Shown here one piece after another: positions 52,639 through 64,000 of a stretch of 64,000 bases of DNA. A model generated the notes under the pieces. The model searched no databases. It saw only the letters and a list, made by a program, of their open reading frames with translations, and was not told the DNA's origin. The position numbers and the translations under genes were made by a program. The DNA comes from Octopus vulgaris (Eukaryota), in NCBI GenBank assembly GCA_951406725.2, contig OX597815.1, forward strand, positions 166,408,001 to 166,472,000. The letters run 5' to 3'. Every line of letters starts with the position of its first letter. The stretch's first letter is position 1.

Positions 52639-53826
52639 TTCAACAATTCATGTCTGTAATGCAAGCCATATGCTACAAGTGTGTCCCAGGGACAAAGGCC
52701 ACTGTACACAAAAAGAAAATCCCCAGGGAGAGGAAAATTCTTATGAGACGGCGTACAAAAACTTCAAATCACCTAAACAAACAAATTGAAAGCAATGAAA
52801 TGTCCTGCTTGAAAGTACAACTTCTGGAAATTGAAAAAAATCTGCAACTCTCCCATGGGAAAGAACGAGCTGACAAAGAAGCCTAGGCTATAGACAATAT
52901 AAAATCTAACCCCAGAACTTCCTACAAGTTTGCCAAAGAAAAAGCTTCTGTGCACTGCAGGATATGGCCTCTACTCGAAAAAGATGGTTCATTCACAGGA
53001 AACCCAATGAGGATAAGTGAAATACTAAATGAGCAATTCAAAAGTATTTTCACTTCACCCCTAGGACACCTGCAAGTCACCAATCCAATTGAGTTTTTTT
53101 TACCACTGCAGATAGAAAAACAGAAACAGTGATGGTCGATTACATCAATATAAAGGGCTATAGATGAAATGAACCCAAACTCAGCTACTGGCCCTGATGG
53201 ATTCCCAGAAATCCTTCTAAAAGCAAAGTCATAACAAGACCACTGCAGTCCCTCTTTCAGAGCTTCCTTGCAACTGGCAAACTTCCAAGAGAACTGAAGG
53301 TAGGTATAATATGCCCCATATATAACAAAGGTAGCAGAGCAGAGGCCAAAAACTACAGACCTATCTCTCTGACCTTGCACATCGGCAAGGTCATGGAACG
53401 AATAGCCAGAAGAAAACTGACACCCAGTATGGTTTCCAACCAGGAAGAAGCTGCCTGACTCAGCCTTCAGAACACTATGACTGGGTGCTGAAACAGCTTT
53501 TCAACTACTCAAATGTGGAAGTGATATATCTCGGTAAAGTCGATCATGAAATGGTATGTCACAAACTGCGTGATCTCGGCATAGTCAGAAAATTGGGAGA
53601 ATGGCTTCATGACTTTCTGAAGGATAGAAATCAGGTTGTAGTAGCCAATGGGGCCACCTCCAATGACATGCAAATAGTGAGCGGTGTTCCACAAGGCACT
53701 TTTTTTTTGACCACTGCTGTTCATAATGGCCCTCTCAGACATGCCCTCAGCCACACAGATCCAAGATCACAAGTTATGCAGATGATACAGAAGTCTCACA
53801 GGTAATACAAAGATACTATGCACCTG
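52637..53826 (+). pseudogene. decayed CR1-like LINE ORF2 reverse transcriptase, 5' part
   Basis: Motifs IKSNP..(F)YK, SATGPDG.P..LLK, NYRP.SL, QYGF..GRSCLTQ, KVDH, SGVPQG and TSYADDT, with stops and frameshifts. Confidence 0.88.
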
Positions 53827-54268
53827 GAATATCAGCTTGAGTCTTTCCTAGTAGCTTATATGTTGCATAGAGGCTATCTTCTTCATGTAGCTTCGTTGAA
53901 TGACCTCAAGTTCTGAGATTAATTTGACACTGGTTGGTGACCATAGCTCGGTGCAATAGTCAAAGTGGCTTAGGACAAGTGTCCTCCTGAGGACCATCAT
54001 GATTTCCTGATCTCTTGTTCTAAATGTTCTAAGAATCCATCCGGTCAGCTGCCCTTATTTCATTGCCAATTTAGCAACATGCACATGGAAGAATGCATCA
54101 TTACTCATGTAAATGCCCAGGTCTCGCACTGACTATGCCTCTGGGATTACAATCTCCCCAGGTCCAGTGTATTTAATGGGTATTGCATTTAGTTTCGCGT
54201 GCTGATAGCATAAAGCTTGAAATTTTTCAGCATTGAACTGCATGCTATTCCTTTCAGCCCACTTGTAT
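53827..54268 (-). pseudogene. continuation of the same CR1-like ORF2, inverted
   Basis: Minus strand YKWAERNSMQFNAEKFQ...VRDLGI...GWILRTF...LVLSHFDYC.ELWSP...ELE.IQR...SY*ERLK. Confidence 0.85.
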
Positions 54269-54919
54269 ATGTATATATGTATATGACTGAAAGCAGAAAA
54301 AAAAAGATAAAGGTATTTGAATTGAAATATTGACGAAACATTTCATTTACAGATCTTGTACTTCCCAGAATTAAGTTGTTTTTTTTTTTTATCATAGCCC
54401 ACAATACTTACTTCGTCAGAAAGCAGAAATAACAGTTTCTAACATGCGCACATGGATCCATATCTGTAAGGAGTATTTTGGTCGATAAATCGACCTAAGT
54501 TATTGACAAGTACTTTATTAACCCCGCAAGGGTGAAAGATTCAATCTTAGCAAGAAGCTGAATAAACACTATCACAAGATACTTTGCCTGACACTCTTAT
54601 AATTCTGCCAAGCGACTACCTTGGAAAGAAAGCTCATCGTATCTGATACATCTGACAAGGATACCTTTTTTCTGTTTGAGTGTGTGTGTATATATAACCC
54701 TGTATATATATATACATATATGTGTGTGTGTTTGTGTGTCTGCGTTTGACACCGACAGTGGCCTGTTTACATCCCCGTTACGTAGTGATTCGGCAAAAGA
54801 GGCCGATAGAATAAGTACTAGGCTTACAAAGAATAAGTCCTGGGGTCGATTTGCTCGACTAAGGGCACTGCTCCAGCATGGTCACAGTCACACGACTGAA
54901 ACAAATAAAAGAATAATAG

Positions 54920-54935
54920 AACGTGTGTACATATG

Positions 54936-54973
<38 letters not shown>

Positions 54974-54976
54974 AAT

Positions 54977-55007
<31 letters not shown>

Positions 55008-55130
55008 AGAGAGAGTGTGTGAATATATGTGTATATGTATGTGTGTGTATATATATGATATATATGGGTGTATATGTATATATACATATATGTATATATA
55101 TACATACATATATATATATACACACATATT

Positions 55131-55165
<35 letters not shown>

Positions 55166-55169
55166 TTAT

Positions 55170-55208
<39 letters not shown>

Positions 55209-55270
55209 CATGTATATGTCATGGATATACGTATATACATATATATATATATATATATAGATAGATAGAT
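54920..55270. repeat. compound dinucleotide microsatellite
   Basis: Direct reading. Confidence 0.9.
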
Positions 55271-55840
55271 AGAGAATCTATGTCTATACATGTATGCCAC
55301 TTGGCTCTTAATATATACGCCTATATAGTCAAAGAAAAGAACACAGACGAATTGGGGGAGAAACATAAAAGAATGTTAAAAATAAAATAAAAGTTAATGG
55401 AATGTTTTTATGGAAAATTTGAATCAAGGAAGCTTGTTTCCGTTTATAAATAATTATTCTTGTCTAGACCAAGCTTGCTTTTGATGTAGGGTAACTTTTC
55501 CTGTCTATGTATACACTTCACATACCCATTTTGCATAGATCGCGGAATCGACTATTACATATTCGATGCATCTGTTGGAGGAAATAGTACTTAAATCTTC
55601 AATTTACACCTGACCGTCTTACAAAAAGAAAGTCACATTCGAGAAATATATATTGTTTTATTTTCATCTTTTACTTGCTTCAGTCATTGGATTACGGCCT
55701 TGATGGGGAACAGGCTTGAAGAGCTTAGCCTGGTACTTGTTCTCCTTGTCTTTTTTATCCAACTGCTTAATTGCTTGATTACGGGGGTGCAAATAAACCG
55801 ATACCGGTTTTCATGTGGTGGTAGTACAACAAATGCACGA

Positions 55841-56071
55841 GGCGGCGAGCTGGCAGAAATGTTAGCACGCCGGGCGAAATGCGTAGCCGTATTTCGTCTG
55901 CCGTTACGTTCTGAGTTCAAATTCCGCCGAGGTCAACTTTGCCTTTCATCCTTCCGGGTTCGATTAAATAAGTACCAGTTACGCACCGGGGGCGATATAA
56001 TCGACTTAATCTGTTTGTCTGTCCTTGTTTGTCCTCTCTGTGTTTAGCCCCTTGTGGGTAGTAAAGAAATA
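55841..56071 (+). mobile_element. SINE B with 19-bp TSD, nested in a SINE A remnant
   Basis: ggtagtacaacaaatgcac at 55820-55838 and 56072-56090. Confidence 0.9.
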
Positions 56072-56111
56072 GGTAGTACAACAAATGCACACACACACAC
56101 ACACATTGTCG

Positions 56112-56168
56112 GGCAGCTGTTGCACTGATGAAGGCTATTGAGTCCGAAACCCGTGTCCATGACTGTCT
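56112..56168 (+). ncRNA. minimal hammerhead ribozyme-like motif
   Basis: CTGATGA-aGGCT-attg-AGTCc-GAAA-cccgt-GTC; the first helix II pair is A:C and helix I is only partial. Confidence 0.45.
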
Positions 56169-56625
56169 TCTTGACTCCGAGAAAAACCTGTCCTTTCCCT
56201 TAACCTTTCAAACGGCAAGAAAGGGTTACGTGAATGCGTGTTCTAAACGGGTAAAAGACAAACAAAAGAGAAAAAAAAAGTCTTTATGTTAAGCGTAATC
56301 TTTATTCTCACTTTCACTTTAAATAATTTACAATCACAATAATAATTGTTAGTCACTCGCAAAATATAACTTACAATCTCATTATCGAAAATCTATAAAA
56401 TATTCACTCTGCTTAGGTGATGGCTGTATCTACGTAACATTTTAAAAATACGAATTGATGATACCAAGAATCAGTTTTGGAGACTTGTTGAACCTTGTGA
56501 TTGTTTCCCCTCCTTAAGTGGAGCTGGTCATAATTGCTATCTGGTAATTATGATGCAGCCTCTACAGGCAGAGATTGGTTTAGTAAATCAAGCTCTTTTG
56601 TTGTATGATATTTAACATAGCGATG

Positions 56626-57005
56626 TGGAGGCGCAATGGCCCAGTGGTTAGGGCAGCGGACTCGCGGTCGTAGGATCGCAGTTTCGATTCCCAGACCGGG
56701 CGTTGTGAGTGTTTATTGAGCGAAAACACCTAAAGCTCCACGAGGCTCCGGCAGGGGATGGTGGTGATCCCTGCTGTACTCTTTCACCACAACTTTCTCT
56801 CACTCTTACTTCCTGTTTCTGTTGTACCTGTATTTCAAGGGGCCGGCCTTGTCACTCTCTGTGTCACGCTGAATATCCCCGAGAACTACGTTAAGGGTGC
56901 ACGTGTCTGTGGAGTGCTCAGCCACTTACACGTTAATTTCACGGGCAGGCTGTTCCGTTGATTCGGATCAACCGGAACCCTCATCGTCGTAACCGACGGA
57001 GTGCT
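56626..57005 (+). mobile_element. SINE C (OR2-like): Arg-like head with a different tail
   Basis: Head shared with the 2383 copy; tail gtgtctgtggagtgctcagccacttacacg...cgtaaccgacggagtg. Confidence 0.85.
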
Positions 57006-57104
57006 TCCTCCCTCTATCTATCTATCTATCTATCTTTCCTAAATATAAAAATAAACTATAGGGAATGGAGCAGGTCAACCCCAACCCTTGTTGCCAACCA
57101 TGAA

Positions 57105-57211
57105 CTGTCCCACTGCGTGGCACCTTGGGCGAGTGTCTTCTACTATAGCCTCGGGTCGACCAAAGCCTTGTGAGTGGATTCGGTAGATGGAAACTGTAAA
57201 AGCCCGTCGCG

Positions 57212-57243
<32 letters not shown>

Positions 57244-57465
57244 TGTGTGGGTTTGTGTTTCTGTATTTGTCTCCTCTCACCATCGCTTGACAGCCAATGG
57301 TGGTGTGTTTACGTCCCCGTAACTTAACGGTTCGGCAAAAAGAGACCGATAGAACAAGTACTAGGCTTACATAGAATAAGTCCTGATGTCGATTTGCTCG
57401 ACTAAAGGCGGTGCTCCAGCATGGCCGCAGGGAAATGACTGAAACAAACAAAAGAATAAAAGAAT
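57105..57465 (+). mobile_element. SINE A
   Basis: Family motifs. Confidence 0.85.
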
Positions 57466-58326
57466 TAACCTTCTACGCCAATAAACCTCTAGTGTTCCTG
57501 AAATCTATTTTTTTTTTATACCTTCTACAGACTGCTTGAAGCTTACTAACTTCCTACACCTCGATCCTTGGGTCTTACTTTTACATATATAATATATATA
57601 TATAGTAATATGTGAAAGTACGTTTTGTCACACCTCAATAGATATTAACAGTCGCAATTATACTTGATGGTATTTGTGTATAAATTTTTAAAAAAAGGCT
57701 AATACATCTTAATCTTCACTAACACAAAAGACATAGCAGAAACTCACGCATGCATGCTCTTCCCTCCTCGACAATCTCTTTCTTCCTCTGGTGTATGTGG
57801 GAAAGACGTTCATATAAATGCATTGAGGTAGAACCTTAAAATGGTTTTAGCTTATTGTTCATTATCGACTCAGTCGTGATCCTGAAGACCTATTTATTAA
57901 TGAAAAGCATTCAAACAGCGACCATAGGACTGTTACACAATGTACCGCTAAAATTTTTGTAAGGCATTAGCGTTTGATACTGTAGGGACTTGAGTCCTAT
58001 AAAATTCTAGTAAACCGTGCGAGCAGGTTAGACGCTTCTCTGTTGTCTCGAAAGGCCTTATGTTTATGGGGAGAGCTATATAGGAAACAAAATGAGATTA
58101 AAGTTATTAAGGTGTTAGCGATGTAAATTACTATATTGAGTTATAGAAACTGTATTTACAGACCTTGCTCAGTTTACTTGTAGCTGCTGTATAGCCACAC
58201 GTCTACTCTCTTCAATAAGACCTATCATCAAAGGCGTTCCAACCCCATGCCACCCCCCGTTTACTTTATTTTATCTTATTCATTTATTCATCATCATCAA
58301 CATCAACAACATCAACAACAACAACA

Positions 58327-58590
58327 AGGCGATGAGCTGGCAGAAACGTTAGCACGCCGGGTGAAATGCGTAGCCGTATTTCGTCTGCTGTTACGTTCTG
58401 AGTTCAAATTCCGCCGAGGTCGACTTTGCCTTACATCCTTTCGGGGTCGATAAATTAAGTTCCAGTTACGCACTGGGGTCGATATAATCGACTTAATCCG
58501 TTTGTCTGTCCTTGTTTGTCCCCTCTATGTTTAGCCCCTTGTGGGTAGCAAAGAAATAGGTATCTCGTCTGTCTTCATGTTCTGAGTTCA
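58327..58590 (+). mobile_element. SINE B followed by the start of a second body
   Basis: aaatagg|tatctcgtctgtcttcatgttctgagttca at 58554-58590. Confidence 0.85.
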
Positions 58591-60311
58591 GATACACACA
58601 CACACGCACATAAACGTACGAACACATATATGAAGGGCTTTCACACATTTCAGTCCTCCAAATTCACTCATTAGGTTTTGATCAGTTCGGGTTCATAGCA
58701 GAAGACACCCGCCCAAGGAGCCGCGCAGTGACACTAAACTCAAAAACTACGCGGTTGCAAAGCGCACCTTTGAAAGACTGTCTGATAGGTGTACTTTGAG
58801 GGGTTCACCATTCCATTCACCTTGGAATCATCAGAAAATTTAGGATTTGAATGCGTGTACCCTGAGTCATTAGAAACCATCATGACATGACTCTGTGAAG
58901 GACAGCAAAGATAACAGTGTACTTTTCTTCTGCATTGATGGCCTTGGGCTTCAAATCTGAGAAATGTCGATTTATATCAACACTAGTATTGGAGTGGTAC
59001 TTTATTTTATCTACCCGGGAAAGATAAAAGACAAAATCAACAGCGGCAGAATTTGAAGAGCAGGAACAAACACTGCAAAACAATTTGTCCGTCACTCTCA
59101 CAACTTTATCGATTGATTATTTCATAGTGTTACAAGGTAAAAGTTTTTTAAGGGGAAAAATCAAATGGATTTGATCGACCCTTGCTTGCTCCTGAGTGAG
59201 TATTTTAACAATAACGAAGCAAACGTAGTTGCTTCATTCGAAACTCGCTTTGCAGTCATATGGTTTCGAGTTCAATACCCCCTGCATGGCACCCTGCGTA
59301 CGCGTTTCCTACTTTCATACCGGGTCAACCAATTGCTTCCAGGTTCAGTCCCACTGCGCGACACGTTTGGCAAGTGTCTTCTCGGGCCGACCAAAGCCTT
59401 GTAAATGGATTTGGTAGGCGGAAACTGAAAAGAAGCTCGTCGTGTGTGTGTATAGATAGGTACATATGCATGTTAGTGTATATGCATATGTCTGTGTAGA
59501 AGGTTAGTCAAAAGTTACCCGACAGTAAATCAAAATTCCATAAGTACTATCCGTAATTCTATATTGACTCGAATGGAAAAATGTGCCGCTCAAATACTTC
59601 AGTTCGGGTAATTTTCATGATGTTTCATATTTAGATGCTTTTATTAAATGCATTCAGCTGCTAAACATAAATAAATCTTGGAATTAAATGGGTTTTGATT
59701 TACTGTCAGGTAACTTTTGGTCAACCCTGTAGCTATAGTCCATATTTTTTTTACTGCTTCTGTGAGCAGTATGATAAGATCATAAAAACTAACCAAGGTA
59801 ACTTCCTGTTTATAAGTATACAATACAGTCACCTATATTTCTTTAGTATAGTGTTCGCCTTTCAACTGTTCAAGCTTCAGAACAGTTCAATTTAAAATGT
59901 AGTTACAATTGACTTTCTTCCTGAAACTATTTTTAATCTACTTACTAGATTTAAACTACGTATGTTTAAATATTCTAAAATAAATACTTTAAATTCTTAT
60001 TTACAACGTAGTTTTGTGAACAATTGCGCATTTGCTTATAGGTTCCAATGGGCAAGTCGCTGGTTCACCGTATTACGGATGATATGACAGATGAGGGATT
60101 GTCAACTGGATTTTACAATTTATCGCCAATGCTTATTATATTCCTTTGCTAATATACCTGAACGAAACACACACACACACACGTTAATTAATGGAGGTTC
60201 CGTGTTGAGAACGAGTTTTATGCACATATCTAAACAGGAAAGCTCAAAATGTGCGTTTACAAAAAACACCAATCCGTAAGTCTACAGTCTCTCCACCTCT
60301 CTCTCACTCTT

Positions 60312-60382
<71 letters not shown>

Positions 60383-60778
60383 ACCACTCGGTCCGCGAAT
60401 CCAAACCAAGATCTTGTGATCGTGAGTGCAACAGCCGAAGCACTGGGCTGCACAGCTTCACAGATGCATCTGACAAACTAAATCTAACAAAATCACACTT
60501 TGTATCTATTGATTTCTTATTTTTTAGCCCTTACATTTTTTAAGATCTAATGTCGATAAAGCCTGAAAAACCAACAAGATGATAGGACGTGCTCTAGTTG
60601 CTTCACTGCACTTCACACACTAAAATTACTTTCACTGAATGTTAAACATACTTCCCGAGGAATTTCAAATATCGAATAGAATATTGCAGACTTGATATAC
60701 TAGGTCAGTACATGGTATTTCTAATGTTTAAGCCTGACTTTGAAATGAAAACAACAGCGACAGTCATCGAGAAAACAC

Positions 60779-60926
60779 CAGTCGTGAGTAAACTGCGGCC
60801 CGCGAGACTTTTTGAATGGCATGCCTAACGAAAACTTAGAATGAATCTTTTTCGTTGTGTGGTTTACCTGATGATGAACCGTGTCTCGTGCAGCTCACTT
60901 TTTGAAAAAGGTTGCCCAAGCCTTGC
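60779..60926. mobile_element. small hAT-type MITE
   Basis: cagtcgtgagtaaactgcggcccgc ... aaaaggttgcccaagccttg imperfect termini. Confidence 0.5.
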
Positions 60927-61207
60927 TCTGCACAGTTACTTGACCTGTTAAAAGTAACTGCCAAATATTCATATCGTGGACTACCGTGAGCGAGTGTCAT
61001 CTACTATAGCTCCGGGTTAACCAAAGCTTTGTGAGTGGATTTGGCAGGTGGAAACTGAAAGAAGCCTGCCTTGTATGTGTATGTGTGTCTTTTTGTTTGT
61101 GTCTGTTCCCCAACCATGACTGGACAGCTGGTGTTGATTTGTTAACGTCCCTGTAATTTAGCGGTTCAACAAAGAAAAGAAAAACTCTGATACAATAAAT
61201 AAGACTT

Positions 61208-61448
61208 ATATATATATTTCTTTATTGCCCACAAGGGGCTAAACACAGAGGGGACAAACAAGGACAGACAAGGGGATTAAGTCGATTACATCGACCCCAC
61301 TGCGTAACTGGTACTTAATTTATCGACTCCGAAAGGATGAAAGGCAAAGTCGACCTCGGCGGAATTTGAACTCAGAACGCACCGGCAGACGAAATACCGC
61401 TAAGCATTTCACCCGGCGCGCTAACGTTTCTGCCAGCTCGCCGCTTTC
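61208..61448 (-). mobile_element. SINE B with TSD aataagactt, nested in a SINE A
   Basis: aataagactt at 61198-61207 and 61449-61458; the SINE A tail resumes near 62030 after the TA tract. Confidence 0.85.
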
Positions 61449-61457
61449 AATAAGACT

Positions 61458-62023
<566 letters not shown>

Positions 62024-62448
62024 ATAAAGTAGTACTGGGGTCGATTTGTTTGATTAAAGCCTCCAAGCTGGTGTTCCAGCAGTCCAATGACTAAAATAAA
62101 GGTTCAATAGTTTCAATTCTTTTGATAAATACCTTGACCAGGTTTCAATTCCCTATGGCATTAACTTCTATCCCACGCCTAATTCTGTCAATATTTTTTT
62201 TTTTATTATTAACAGTTGTATTGCTTCTTTAAACATCAATAACGTTTTATTAAATTTTTATATCGGAGATAATACGTTTGCATGTCTATGGTTCAATATG
62301 TGTGAATTCACACATATGCAAAATATGAATTCATATTTAAGCATGAAACACTTCACTGAGATCGATATTTTTCTATGAATTTGTCCGAACCATTTGCAAG
62401 ACCAAAAGTAGGCTGCAAATTAAGAAATCGTTGTGTGTGTGCGCGCAC

Positions 62449-62507
<59 letters not shown>

Positions 62508-62887
62508 TATATATATGTGGCAATATGACTCATAAAGACAGAACAGAATACATATTAACTAGTCTAAAGAAAATCGGACTCACTGCGAAACCTCGAAAAA
62601 TAATCATAATTACAAAATATGTGGACACGCCCACGCGCGGTCTGTATGTATTTACGTACGTATGTATACACTCACATTGACAGAGTGTTACCGATGCATT
62701 TTTCTCCGTGCAAGCATAGATTGCCTTATAATATAGTATCAAAGAACCAGGTGCGCATACATGTCTTACATAGTATGTGCTTTGCTTTTCAAAGCAGCAA
62801 GACATTTCATTGTTAAACGAAGCAGTAAAATTCCATAAACTTCTGTAAACTTTCTTCTTCTTATCATTCTTCGACATACACCCAATA

Positions 62888-63305
62888 CCTATTTCTTTAC
62901 TACCCACAAAGGGCTAAACACAGATAGGACAAACAAGGACAGACAAACGGATTAAGTCGATTATATCGACCCCAGTTCCTAACTGGTACTTAATTTATCG
63001 ACCCCGAAAGGATGAAAGGCAAAGTCGACCTCGGCGGAATTTGAACCCAGAACGTAACAGCAGACGAAATACCCATTTCTTTACTACCCACAAGGGGCTA
63101 AACACAGGGGGGACAACCAAGGACAGACAAACGGATTAAGTCGATTACATCGACCCCAGTGCGTAACTGATACTTAATTTATCGACCCCAAAAGGATGAA
63201 AGGCAAAGTCGACCTCGGCGGAATTTGAACCCAGAACGTAACGGCAGACGAAATACCACTAAGCATATCGCCCGACGTGCTAACGTTTCCGCCAGCTCAC
63301 CGCCT
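62888..63305 (-). mobile_element. SINE B composite: one head and two tandem bodies
   Basis: Junction aaatggg|tatttcgtctg near 63070; two near-identical cores and tails. Confidence 0.9.
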
Positions 63306-64000
63306 TATATACCCGATACCCTTAGCCTAGACATCTTAACTAGTCGTACATTGAATATTAATCATGTTACCAAGGTAACATATCTTATGTATGTACGCCT
63401 GTATCCATTGAAGATCCCAGCAGTCTGTGACTTCGGTTTACGACTGTTTATGCTGTTAGGCTGCCGGTGCCTTAAAACACGGGGTACCCTGCAGGTTTCT
63501 TCATATTTTGTGGATTCCTTTCTCACTTACTGCTTCCCCTGGTTTCCTCCCGTTAACATGAAACGAAAAAGAAAAAAAAGTTGTTCGTGATGCTTGAGAC
63601 TTCGTGCAATATTTTTCTCCTTAACCATATGTTCACTTACGCCGCAGACATACACACTTGCATCGATCGATCTGCCTGTCCATAATGTGTGCATATTACA
63701 TATAGTTATGTATGTGTGTGTGTGCGGGGTGGGTGTATTATATATATGCATATATACATGCATACATTTACATATAAGTGTGTGTATGTGTGTGTGAGAG
63801 AGAGAGGGTAAATATGTACATAAATATATATGCGCAAATGAATGCGTGTGTAGTCAACGCCAGGTGACTTGTCAGTAAGAGAAAAGTCAGTCGAAAACAT
63901 TCTGGAATATCTCTAGCGGGGTCAGAGATCGTGGGAGTTCCTCAAAGATAATAATATCAGTGCCAATGTACTGGTTACATACGGTTCAGAATGTTCAGAC

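Noticed and set aside
52637-54268. Possible functional reverse transcriptase gene or twin-priming product
   Set aside because: Multiple stops and frameshifts, and the convergent geometry does not fit twin priming.
56626-56700. tRNA-Arg-like sequence
   Set aside because: It is the head of a SINE C copy and continues into SINE body.

Overview
Eukaryotic, AT-rich, repeat-saturated non-coding DNA (intronic or intergenic). The SINE families and (TA)/(CA) microsatellite load point to a cephalopod, most likely Octopus; this is inferred from repeat recognition, not from a search. I find no credible host protein-coding exon, and almost all ORFs in the track are microsatellite or SINE artefacts. Content: (i) three groups of tRNA-derived SINEs, here A (~400-450 bp, internal microsatellite), B (~230 bp, GTCGAC-rich core) and C (OK/OR1/OR2-like, shuffled heads and tails), many with clear target-site duplications (TSDs); (ii) LINE remnants (RTE twice, CR1-like with an inverted 3' part, a faint L1/Tx1-like endonuclease); (iii) non-autonomous Helitrons and hAT, piggyBac, mariner and pogo-type MITEs; (iv) a tRNA-Asp(GTC) probable pseudogene; (v) long microsatellites. 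The most interesting signal is a set of six hammerhead-ribozyme-like motifs, mostly next to (TA)n or (CA)n tracts as expected for Penelope-like pseudo-LTRs or retrozymes. One (21110-21205, minus strand) has an intact catalytic core, and a perfect 79-bp fold-back lies about 500 bp away. Also notable: a recurrent head-body-body junction in SINE B, a 64-bp TSD, and two RFX X-box motif clusters. Coordinates were read by eye, so element boundaries are approximate unless a TSD defines them.
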